Of a stretch of DNA of 64,000 bases, positions 55,778-64,000 are shown piece by piece. The first letter of the stretch is position 1. Every line of letters starts with the position of its first letter. A program made the translations under genes and the position numbers. This stretch comes from Spirochaetia bacterium (GTDB taxonomy: Bacteria > Spirochaetota > Spirochaetia > UBA9216): assembly GCA_963675665.1 (NCBI GenBank), contig OY776510.1:256001-320000 (forward strand), read 5' to 3'. Under the pieces are notes generated by a model that saw only the letters and a program-made list of their open reading frames with translations, was not told the DNA's origin and made no database searches.

Positions 55778-58164
55778 GTTTTAAGCTCTTCAAAGGCATT
55801 TTTTACCGATATAAGGTTTGCTTTGGAATTTTCGATCTCGCCGTCCCGCGAAGAATATTCCAATACCCTGGCCGCTTCTCCCAGGTTTTCCATACTCAGA
55901 TTCAGGGCGCTTCCTTTTATTGAATGGGCCAATTCACGGCTTCCGTTGGTATCGCCGCTTGAAAGGCAGTTTTCTATTTGCGGCAGCTGTCCCTCTACCT
56001 TGACAATATAATTCTTTACAAGATTTTTTACCGTCTCTTCATTTCCAAGAAATGTGCTTACTGCTTCATTATAATCAAAGACTATGCCTTTATCTTCACT
56101 TAATTCTTCAACCGCCTCAAGTTCAGCCACTTCATCTGCATCATCTGAAACATTCGGTGCAGGTGTCGGTTCCCTGGTTAAAACATTACCGTCATGATCA
56201 ACACCTTTCCACTTCATAAGAACAGGCTGAAGATCCTTTTTCTTGAACGGCTTGGTCAGAAAATCGGTCATTCCGCAGGCAAAACATTTATCGCGTTCCC
56301 CTTTTATCGCACTTGCAGTAACCGCAATTATAGGAACCCTTGATCCCTTTTTCCTGATTTCTTCAGTTGCTTCATAACCGTTCATTTCAGGCATCTGGCA
56401 ATCCATAAAAATTATGTCGGGTACTGTATCAAGCGCCTGCTGAACAGCTTCAATACCGTTCGACGCAAGAACAACCTCGCATCCAAGGTTCTGGAGAATG
56501 GACTTGAACAGCTGCTGATTTACCTCGTGATCTTCTGCAACAAGAGCCTTAATCCTGCCCAATTCGGCTTCATCCTCAACCGGAAGAAGTTCAGCGACAT
56601 CCTCGGTATCATCAGTCTTCTGCATTCCGGCAAAAACCGAATAAAGCTGGTTCTTTTTCAACGGTTTATTCAGATACCCGCTGAACCAGTTTAAAAGTTT
56701 CATCTTGGCTTCGTCTGCACTGCGCCCGGCAGGGCTGACAAGATATAGTTTTAAATCTTTTAGCGACTCAAATCCATCCTGCTCCCGAAGGGAATTAATC
56801 TCACTGGCCATATACCAGCCGTCCATTCCCGGCATAATCTGATCAATGATACAGGAACTGAACGGAGTTTTTGATCCGCATGATTTCTTCAGGATTTCAA
56901 GAGCTTTGTTTCCGTCGGTAGCTTCAATTACCGTACATCCGAGTTCGCTGAGATATAAAGACAGGATCTCGCGTGCCGTTGAATTATCATCCACAATAAG
57001 GACACGTTCATTCTGATACTTCTGGATATAATCTTTATACTGACTTTGCCTGTTCTGCTTGCGAAACCTGGCTGTAAACCAGAACGTTGAACCTGCTCCA
57101 TCCGTACTCTCAACACCTATCTCACCATTCATCAACCTGGTAAGATTTTTTGATATTGTTAAACCAAGCCCTGTTCCGCCGTATTTTCTTGTTGTTGATG
57201 AATCAACCTGAGAGAATCCTTTAAACAGTTTATCAAGCTTTGCTTTTGGAATTCCGATACCGGTGTCGCGAACCCTGAACAGAAGAACTGCTTCGTCGTC
57301 AGTTTCTTCAACAGTACTTATCTTCAGTTCTATTTCACCCTCATGAGTGAATTTCATCGCATTATTAAACAGATTAACGATTATCTGCCGGAGTCTTGTC
57401 GGATCTCCATAAACCAGATGCGCTACATCGGGTTCTATATAAAGCGCCGCTTCAAGATTCTTTTTATGGGCTTCAAGCGCTACAAGATCTACTGCCGAAT
57501 ACGCAACCTCAAGCAGATCCATTTCAATCTCTTCAAGTTTCAATTTGCCTGCTTCGATTTTCTCAACATCAAGGATGTCGTTTATGAGACTCAAAAGTAC
57601 TTCCGCTGAAAATTCGACCTGTCCGGCATATTCCTTCTGTTCGGCATCAAGTATTGTCTCTTTTAAAAGCTCCGACATCCCGATAATAGTATGGATCGGC
57701 GTCCTTATTTCATGACTCATGTTAGCCAGAAATTCCGACTTGGTTTTTGTTGCTTTTTCAGCCACAAGTTTTGCGCGTGTGAGTTGTTCTTCAAGGATGA
57801 TCTGACTTGTAATATCCTCAACAATTACAAGCATGCAGTCGGGACACTCACTTCCGCCTGTTATTCCCGAAAGATTAAACCTGCACCATCCGAGTTTCAT
57901 CCGGTCTTTCTTGAACCTGACTTCAATTTTCAGCTTGCTTTTTTTGGAATTCTGAAAATCACCTATCTCGCGCAGAAACCCTTCACAATCTTCCTTGTAT
58001 ATAAATTCCGTTAAATTACAATTATCAGGAATTTCATTTCCCCTGCGGAAGATCCTTGCAGCCTCGGTATTGCACATAAGCACGTCGGCATCCCGATTAA
58101 GCAGCAACATCCCCAGCGGAGAATCAAGAAAGATCGATCTAAATAATGTTAATGATTCATCCAA
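55750..58164 (-). CDS. Hybrid sensor kinase PAS-HisKA-HATPase-REC-REC-HPt
   Basis: FLANMSHEIRTP, NAMKFT, DTGIG, GGTGLGL, IIDQIMP, FMDCQMP, AHSIKG. Confidence 0.95.
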   Translation of the reverse strand: MDESLTLFRSIFLDSPLGMLLLNRDADVLMCNTEAARIFRRGNEIPDNCNLTEFIYKEDCEGFLREIGDFQNSKKSKLKIEVRFKKDRMKLGWCRFNLSGITGGSECPDCMLVIVEDITSQIILEEQLTRAKLVAEKATKTKSEFLANMSHEIRTPIHTIIGMSELLKETILDAEQKEYAGQVEFSAEVLLSLINDILDVEKIEAGKLKLEEIEMDLLEVAYSAVDLVALEAHKKNLEAALYIEPDVAHLVYGDPTRLRQIIVNLFNNAMKFTHEGEIELKISTVEETDDEAVLLFRVRDTGIGIPKAKLDKLFKGFSQVDSSTTRKYGGTGLGLTISKNLTRLMNGEIGVESTDGAGSTFWFTARFRKQNRQSQYKDYIQKYQNERVLIVDDNSTAREILSLYLSELGCTVIEATDGNKALEILKKSCGSKTPFSSCIIDQIMPGMDGWYMASEINSLREQDGFESLKDLKLYLVSPAGRSADEAKMKLLNWFSGYLNKPLKKNQLYSVFAGMQKTDDTEDVAELLPVEDEAELGRIKALVAEDHEVNQQLFKSILQNLGCEVVLASNGIEAVQQALDTVPDIIFMDCQMPEMNGYEATEEIRKKGSRVPIIAVTASAIKGERDKCFACGMTDFLTKPFKKKDLQPVLMKWKGVDHDGNVLTREPTPAPNVSDDADEVAELEAVEELSEDKGIVFDYNEAVSTFLGNEETVKNLVKNYIVKVEGQLPQIENCLSSGDTNGSRELAHSIKGSALNLSMENLGEAARVLEYSSRDGEIENSKANLISVKNAFEELKTYSASLGLI

Positions 58165-58190
58165 AATTTACTCTCACTCTTGTCTACATA

Positions 58191-59447
58191 TCAGAAATCA
58201 GATACGAGAATTTCAAAGGCTTTACTTTTAAGGTTTTCAGGCTTCAAAGGTTTGATAATATAGCTCTTAACCCCGAAGCTCATCGCTTTTCCGACAGTTT
58301 CTTTTCGTGACAGGGCGGAAAAAACAATTGTCGGAATAGTTATCTTTTGCTGTTTCATAAACTGAAGGACCTCAAAACCGTTCATTTCCGGCATCAGTAA
58401 ATCGAGAAAAACAAGATCAAAGCTGTCGGAAGACAAGGCATTTACAAATTCTTTACCGTTATCAAAAACGGAAAGGTTCCACCCGGTATCGGCAAGCACC
58501 GTCTTTACAAGCTCCTGGATAACCATATCGTCGTCAACAACGGCTATTCGGGCTTCAGGATAAACCCTTGCCTGCCCTTCTGCTATGTCATGCTTTTCAC
58601 TTTCAAACCGTAACTCGATTGATTCCTCTGAATCTTTAACCGGTTTTGACTTCGACAGGATTCTGTCTGCAGCAACTTCGTCATGGGCAATCTGATCCGG
58701 CTTGAGGCCAAGCAGATCATCCATTGCAAGATCCAGACTTTCCTTAATCTCAATTCCACGGTAATCGGGGTTTGCACGAATAAACCCGTTTAAAAAGTCG
58801 CTGGTCGCAAGAATTTTTATTGCTCTCGGTCTGTTTCCGGTTTGATCAAGAATGGTACGCATGAGCAAGTCCAGTTTCGCACTGTCCGATTCTTTAAGAT
58901 CAATATTGGAAAGCATAAGCAGGACCTTAGGCGCTGCTACTCCGTAAAGCTGGGTGAGTTCGGTAATCTTGAATTTTAACAGTTCTATTTTCTCCGAATT
59001 CAACCCCAGAGCCAATTCGATAAACAGGATCTCATCATTAAAATGCGCTTCAATAATACATGGAGAATCATCTATTTCAAGTTTAACCTGAAGAAAACCC
59101 GATACGGTTTGAAGCAGCGCATCAAGTTTAATGGGTTTTGAGAAGAATTTTTTTACATTATACTGTGCAACGGATAATATCTTTTCCCGATCAATCTTTG
59201 TCGAGATCATAATAACCGGCACATCCGCAACATTTTTGTTGCCGGATTTTTCTTTCAGAATTTCAATGCATGATTTTCGTGTAAGATAATACTCCGTGAT
59301 GACCAGATCAGGAAGATCATTTCTGAGCTTTAAAGCTCCTTCCAAACCGTTACGGGCTTCCATGACTTCGAAACCGTTCTCAACAAGTTTATTAGCCAGA
59401 TATTCTCTGAACAGACTTGAGTCATCAATGAGTAGTATTTTTTTCAT
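58191..59447 (-). CDS. Tandem receiver protein (REC - possible STAS - REC)
   Basis: LLIDD..ITEY..KP; VVDDD..FLDL..KP; central alpha/beta segment. Confidence 0.85.
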   Translation of the reverse strand: MKKILLIDDSSLFREYLANKLVENGFEVMEARNGLEGALKLRNDLPDLVITEYYLTRKSCIEILKEKSGNKNVADVPVIMISTKIDREKILSVAQYNVKKFFSKPIKLDALLQTVSGFLQVKLEIDDSPCIIEAHFNDEILFIELALGLNSEKIELLKFKITELTQLYGVAAPKVLLMLSNIDLKESDSAKLDLLMRTILDQTGNRPRAIKILATSDFLNGFIRANPDYRGIEIKESLDLAMDDLLGLKPDQIAHDEVAADRILSKSKPVKDSEESIELRFESEKHDIAEGQARVYPEARIAVVDDDMVIQELVKTVLADTGWNLSVFDNGKEFVNALSSDSFDLVFLDLLMPEMNGFEVLQFMKQQKITIPTIVFSALSRKETVGKAMSFGVKSYIIKPLKPENLKSKAFEILVSDF

Positions 59448-59487
59448 TCGGGCCCCCTGACTTTATACAATAATAACTTATCGCTAT

Positions 59488-59516
59488 ATTATCGGCTTTA
59501 TATCTGTTTTTTTCAA
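59488..59516 (-). promoter_or_regulatory. Overlapping sigma28 and sigma70 promoter candidates
   Basis: TGAA-15-GCCGATAA and TTGAAA-17-GATAAT. Confidence 0.6.
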
Positions 59517-59548
59517 GAACTGTTTAACTCCATTGTTAACTCCATATT

Positions 59549-59564
59549 AAAAACTGCAGTTTTT
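59549..59564. promoter_or_regulatory. Perfect 16-bp palindrome, candidate operator
   Basis: AAAAACTGCAGTTTTT between divergent promoters. Confidence 0.5.
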
Positions 59565-59578
59565 GAAGATCCCCTTAA

Positions 59579-59607
59579 TTGACACCACCGCTGCAGAAGC
59601 TTAAATT
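59579..59607 (+). promoter_or_regulatory. sigma70 promoter of patatin gene
   Basis: TTGACA-17-TAAATT; AGGAG then ATG 59625. Confidence 0.7.
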
Positions 59608-59624
59608 AAATGCAGGAGAGAGGC

Positions 59625-60923
59625 ATGTTCAACAAAAAACCTTGTTACGCTCTGGTGCTTGCAGGCGGCGGAGCAAGGGGTGCATATGAAATCGGTGCAT
59701 GGCGGGCATTACGTGAACTTGATATAAGGATCAATGCAGTATGCGGCACCTCGGTCGGCGCATTGAACGCTGCGATTGTGGCGCAGGACGACTATGATCT
59801 CGGCGTAAAAATATGGTCTGAAATGACTATAGACAAGGTTGTAGATGTTCCGGATGGACTACTGAAACACGGAAGACCTGATTTCAGCTTCAGAAACCTG
59901 ATGAAAATCGGCGATTTAAAACTTAACTTTAAAAACCTCGGGCTTGATCCGTCGCCTCTGCAGAATCTGCTTAAAACCGAAATTGATGAAGAGAAAATTC
60001 GCCGCCGGGGAATGGATCTTGGTATAGTCACAATCAAGGTGGATACATTCAGCCCCTGCGAGATCTTTCTCGATGATATGCCGTTCGGAACACTGCCGGA
60101 TTATCTTCTCGCAAGCGCATCGTTCCCTGCTTTTAAACGCGCAGAAATCAACGGCAAACAATTTGCCGACGGCGGCATGTACGACAACATTCCGCATGCA
60201 ATGGTTAAAAACCGCGGGTACCGTAAAATAATCGTCGTTGACATTTCAGGGCTGGGAGCCAATAAAAGACCCGATATAACCGGTACGGAAACCATATACA
60301 TCAAGACTTCAGTACCGCTCGGAAATATTCTTGATTTCAACCCGGATCAGGCAAAAAAGGCAATAAACGCCGGTTATCTTGATACAATGAAGGTTTTTGA
60401 AAAAAACGATGGTCTGAAATATTTCATCATTCGCGACAAAAAAACGGAAACCAGACTTTATGAGCTTCTTCTTAAAAAGGAAAGCATAGATAAATACTCG
60501 GAATATCTGAGGCTGAAAAACCGCAGCTGCACACCTGCAAACGCAGAAATGCTGATACGCGAAGTACTGCCAAAGGAACAACGGAGCAACAGAAACCTTG
60601 TTTTATGTCTTGTCGAATGCGCCGCTGCAGCCCTTGATGTCGAGCGCAACAGACTATACAAATTACCGGAACTGATTACCGCTGTAAAAAACAAGTATCA
60701 CAATGTATTGCAGGGCGGCGCTGTCCCTACCAGAAACGAATCTGAATCGTTTTTTAAAATGATTGAGCATACCATCAGCCTTTTTGTTTCGGAGCGTGAA
60801 ATAAGCGACTACAGTCCGTACGAATATGCAAAAATAATGCGGAGCCATAAAGCTGCAGAAAGCCTCTTTCCCGAACTGGCTGCTGCTGAAATATTTTTAA
60901 GTATTATCTGCGATTGGCATTAA
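59625..60923 (+). CDS. Patatin-like phospholipase
   Basis: GGGARG, GTSVG, ASAS.P, DGG. Confidence 0.92.
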   Translation: MFNKKPCYALVLAGGGARGAYEIGAWRALRELDIRINAVCGTSVGALNAAIVAQDDYDLGVKIWSEMTIDKVVDVPDGLLKHGRPDFSFRNLMKIGDLKLNFKNLGLDPSPLQNLLKTEIDEEKIRRRGMDLGIVTIKVDTFSPCEIFLDDMPFGTLPDYLLASASFPAFKRAEINGKQFADGGMYDNIPHAMVKNRGYRKIIVVDISGLGANKRPDITGTETIYIKTSVPLGNILDFNPDQAKKAINAGYLDTMKVFEKNDGLKYFIIRDKKTETRLYELLLKKESIDKYSEYLRLKNRSCTPANAEMLIREVLPKEQRSNRNLVLCLVECAAAALDVERNRLYKLPELITAVKNKYHNVLQGGAVPTRNESESFFKMIEHTISLFVSEREISDYSPYEYAKIMRSHKAAESLFPELAAAEIFLSIICDWH

Positions 60924-62340
60924 TAAGATCTTTATACCAGTAACCGCTGTCCTTGATGGTCCGGCGCTGGTTTTCAAAATTAACATGTACAATTCCGAAA
61001 CGTTTTCGGTAACCTTCAGCCCATTCAAAATTATCAAGAAGCGACCATACAAAGTAGCCGCGGAGATCGCAGCCTTCGGAAGCTGCTTTTGCCGCCTGCG
61101 CTGTGTATTCGGCAAGATAATTAATTCTGGCTTCATCTTTTATCCGGTAATCAGTAAATTTATCCGTAAAAGCGGCCCCGTTTTCGGTTATATACACCGG
61201 TATATTTCCGTAATCATCACGTAATTTTATAAGTGTTTCATACAACGCTTCAGGGTAGACTTCCCACCCCATTGATGTATAACGAACTCCGTTCTTCAAA
61301 TATTCCCTGTTAGGAATCCGGTTATGATGAAACCGCGTCATCAGAAACGGGATCCACGGAGCCCAGGAAACCTTTAACCGTGAGTAAAGATTTATGCCCA
61401 GGAAATTCATCGGCCGGCTTATAGCTTCCATGTCTTCCGGTTTTATCCCGGGCCAGAAAAGCCCGAATCTTTGCATTAATTGAGACGGATACTCTCCTTT
61501 CAGGAGCGGATCAAGAATAACACCGTTAAGCAGCTGATCTGCATAGGGGATTATATTCCTGTTTGCAGCCGTATTGCTCCCGGGGTGAGGAGGAGCCATG
61601 TTAAGGGTAATTCCGACACGTGAGGCGGGGTAGATCGATTTTATTCTCTCCATTGCATACGCATGTCCAAGAAGCTGGTTGTGAATTGTCCGCCCCCAGT
61701 ACAGCGGGCGAATAAGCCCGGGAGCATGAACACCTAGAAGATGCCCCATGGTAGAATGCACCCACGGCTCATTAAGGGTTATCCAGTCTTTAACCCTGTC
61801 GCCCAACCGGCCGACAACCACCTCAACATAATCGGCAAAGATCTTTGCTGTTTGCCTGCTCAGAAAACCTCCATTGTCGCGGTAAAGCCGAAGAGGCAGG
61901 TCCCAGTGAAAAAGGGTGGCGAAGGGTCTTATTCCGGCTTTCAGAAGTTCATCAACAAACCTGTCGTAAAAATCAAGCCCCTTGCTGTTAACAGCTCCGC
62001 GTCCCTCAGGTATAATTCGGGGCCATGATATCGAAAACCGGTATGCATCAAGGCCCAACCGGCTCATTATTGCAATATCTTCTATATAACGATTGTAATG
62101 GTCACAGGCCCTGTCTCCGTTATCGTCATTGCGGATTTTACCGCGTCGACCGGAGAAGACATCCCATATTGATAAACCGCGGCCGTCTTCGCCTGCAGCC
62201 CCTTCTATCTGATAGGCCGATGTTGACGCTCCGAAGATTGTACCTTCGGGAAATAACGGCATTTTACGCGATGCCGGTTTATCAAAAGTATATTCCTGCT
62301 TTTTTTTTAACACCCTACAAGCTCTCCAAGCCTGTCGCAT
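60904..62340 (-). CDS. GH1 beta-glucosidase (start uncertain; GTG 62313 possible)
   Basis: TSAYQIEG, YRFSISWPR, TLNEP, ITENG, WSLLDNFEW. Confidence 0.95.
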   Translation of the reverse strand: MRQAWRACRVLKKKQEYTFDKPASRKMPLFPEGTIFGASTSAYQIEGAAGEDGRGLSIWDVFSGRRGKIRNDDNGDRACDHYNRYIEDIAIMSRLGLDAYRFSISWPRIIPEGRGAVNSKGLDFYDRFVDELLKAGIRPFATLFHWDLPLRLYRDNGGFLSRQTAKIFADYVEVVVGRLGDRVKDWITLNEPWVHSTMGHLLGVHAPGLIRPLYWGRTIHNQLLGHAYAMERIKSIYPASRVGITLNMAPPHPGSNTAANRNIIPYADQLLNGVILDPLLKGEYPSQLMQRFGLFWPGIKPEDMEAISRPMNFLGINLYSRLKVSWAPWIPFLMTRFHHNRIPNREYLKNGVRYTSMGWEVYPEALYETLIKLRDDYGNIPVYITENGAAFTDKFTDYRIKDEARINYLAEYTAQAAKAASEGCDLRGYFVWSLLDNFEWAEGYRKRFGIVHVNFENQRRTIKDSGYWYKDLINANRR

Positions 62341-62969
62341 GCTGCATCAAGCGAGCCAATTTCTTCAAAGCACTTTCCCCGCACAACCTCGGATATCTCC
62401 TGCAGATCAGGCACCCATATAACCCGGGCGCCTGCAGCAGCGGCAGAGTTAATTCCGTGGGATGAATCTTCAAAAACAAGCGCCTCGCTGGTTTCTATTC
62501 CGAGGGTTTCTGCTGCCTTGAGGTATATTTCCGGGTCCGGCTTTCCCCGGGTAACTTCATCGCCGCAAACTATTGTTGAGAACCGATCGGAGATCCCTGC
62601 AAATTCAAGGATTTCATCGACTTCCTTTCTAATCGTTGTGGTTGCAATACCGAAAGGAATCCCGGCCAAATCAAGACAACCCAGAAGCCTTTCTGCGCCT
62701 GTCTTAAAGGGAGTTCCTGATTCTTCAAGATATTTTTTAAATTTAAGCATGCTCTTTTCACGCACCAGGTTGTAGGGAAAGCTTTGGCCCATCGTTTTCA
62801 TGATGATACGTTCAGTCTCTTCAAATGTTGTCCCGATACAGCTTATTACCGTATCCCATTCAAGCCTCCAGCCCTCTTCGGATGCCGCCTCAATCAGACA
62901 TTCAGAAAGAAGCTTTTCCGTATCCAGCAGAGTGCCGTCCAGATCAAAAATCACGGCCCTAATACTCAT
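62307..62969 (-). CDS. HAD-family phosphatase (beta-PGM-like)
   Basis: FDLDGTLLD, GKPDP, FEDS..G. Confidence 0.92.
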   Translation of the reverse strand: MSIRAVIFDLDGTLLDTEKLLSECLIEAASEEGWRLEWDTVISCIGTTFEETERIIMKTMGQSFPYNLVREKSMLKFKKYLEESGTPFKTGAERLLGCLDLAGIPFGIATTTIRKEVDEILEFAGISDRFSTIVCGDEVTRGKPDPEIYLKAAETLGIETSEALVFEDSSHGINSAAAAGARVIWVPDLQEISEVVRGKCFEEIGSLDAACDRLGELVGC

Positions 62970-63075
62970 GGGGAATACTTTACTGCTTTATTGATTTTTT
63001 AACAAGTAAAATCGGTCAACAACCGAATAAGGTACAGTGGAAAACAGCGCGAATATTTATTGTATCTCTTTCCCG

Positions 63076-63663
63076 TCATTCAGGAATAAATTCATACGTA
63101 ACACTTATCTGAATAGAGTCGTCAAAATGAGAAGACTCTTCAACCGCAATTATCCTGCCGATTCTGCCGTTTGATGCAGCCGCAATTTTTTCAGCCTTTA
63201 ATTCAGCTTCGGCGATTATCTCGTCATATCCGACGGGAAGACTCTCATCTGATATTTCCGGACTGAGCGCTCCCCAAAAACTGTGAACTCCGGAAGCCCC
63301 GGCTGAGGTAACGCGTTCGATAAAAAGATCCCGCTCAATATCGCCGGTTATAGAAACCTGCATGTCCTTTGTGTAATAATATTTTCCGTCATACTCGCCG
63401 GAATGAGAAGATCTGATTGAAAAATCAAACGGTTCCAGCTCCATCTCCTGAATCGTTGATTCAACGGCGGAGAATGAGCTTTCCGCCTTCTCTTTTGCCG
63501 ATTCAACTGAATCCGCAGTTTCATGAATACTGATTTCAATAACTTCTCTGGATACCCGATCGGACTTGCCTACTGCATGTACTGTTATTTCCGCATTACT
63601 GCATCCGGTAATTATTAAAGAACTGATGATTATAAGAAAAGAAATGACGACTGTTTTTTTCAT
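63076..63663 (-). CDS. SIMPL (DUF541)-like lipoprotein
   Basis: Lipobox ITGC; ITV..G, A..KAEKIA....IGRI..VEE, VTYEF. Confidence 0.65.
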   Translation of the reverse strand: MKKTVVISFLIIISSLIITGCSNAEITVHAVGKSDRVSREVIEISIHETADSVESAKEKAESSFSAVESTIQEMELEPFDFSIRSSHSGEYDGKYYYTKDMQVSITGDIERDLFIERVTSAGASGVHSFWGALSPEISDESLPVGYDEIIAEAELKAEKIAAASNGRIGRIIAVEESSHFDDSIQISVTYEFIPE

Positions 63664-63771
63664 GTGAATTCCCCGTTTTGATAATATCTTTTTTCAGGAT
63701 TATACAGATTAACAGGAATTTAGTCCAACTGAAAAAGTCGGGATTGTCTGAACTATCAGTGGCTGAACCTG

Positions 63772-63804
63772 AAAAAAAAGCCGCTTCCCTGATAAGGAAG
63801 CGGC
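63772..63804 (-). terminator. Intrinsic terminator
   Basis: GCCGCTTCC-TTATCAG-GGAAGCGGC-T8 on the minus strand. Confidence 0.9.
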
Positions 63805-63831
63805 CCGTTAATCCGGCGGTTACCGGTTATC

Positions 63832-63999
63832 TTATAGTCCGATTTCAGCTCTTGTTGTCGGAACCTTAATCTTGCCTGCTTTCATGTCGGCAATAGCAGC
63901 GTCAACAGCGTCCTTAACTTCCTGGGGAACAACAGAATCAAAGCTGTGGAATTCAGAAATGCCTACAGCATCATCATTAATTCCGAAAACTCTTGTGCC
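63832..63999 (-). CDS. C-terminus of a BMP-family ABC substrate-binding lipoprotein (partial)
   Basis: Hand translation GTRVFGINDDAVGISEFHSFDSVVPQEVKDAVDAAIADMKAGKIKVPTTRAEIGL*; followed by a terminator. Confidence 0.65.
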   Translation of the reverse strand, partial: GTRVFGINDDAVGISEFHSFDSVVPQEVKDAVDAAIADMKAGKIKVPTTRAEIGL

Positions 64000-64000
64000 G

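Noticed and set aside
62300-62308. A9 tract near the GH1 start as a phase-variation site
   Set aside because: Frame is intact, the start is uncertain, and A/T runs are common in this window.

Overview
Gene-dense bacterial chromosomal window with no phage, transposase, integrase or CRISPR array. It most likely comes from a free-living spirochaete (inferred from gene families and protein style, not proven). Contents in order: GH13 alpha-glucosidase; PTS EIIA + CPA2 antiporter; a long minus-strand block (MoxR, DUF58, transglutaminase-TPR, GAF/HD-GYP, pseudo-REC/RsbW-like kinase/cNMP protein, PAS/HD-GYP); AddAB-type helicase-nuclease; two tandem class III cyclase-fold genes; tRNA-Ala(GGC); housekeeping genes (Nif3, acylating ALDH, Lon-like, HDOD, TrmH, flgM, rsmI, add, SMUG1-type UDG, polyprenyl synthase, rlmE, asnA); a pyrD-K-C-EF-B-I cluster; surface lipoprotein genes; a hybrid histidine kinase operon; patatin, GH1, HAD, SIMPL and a partial BMP gene. 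Best leads: (1) a cyclase pair with complementary half active sites, suggesting an obligate heterodimer; (2) a eukaryote-type fused UMP synthase in a pyr operon with an intrinsic terminator overlapping the pyrD stop codon; (3) a beta-barrel/transglutaminase-like/TPR gene coupled to a large LVIVD lipoprotein; (4) the palindrome AAAACTGCAGTTTT found twice about 58-60 bp upstream of sigma28-like promoters; (5) a 17-bp hairpin tandem array; (6) widespread leaderless gene architecture. All calls were made by eye from motifs; no database searches were run.
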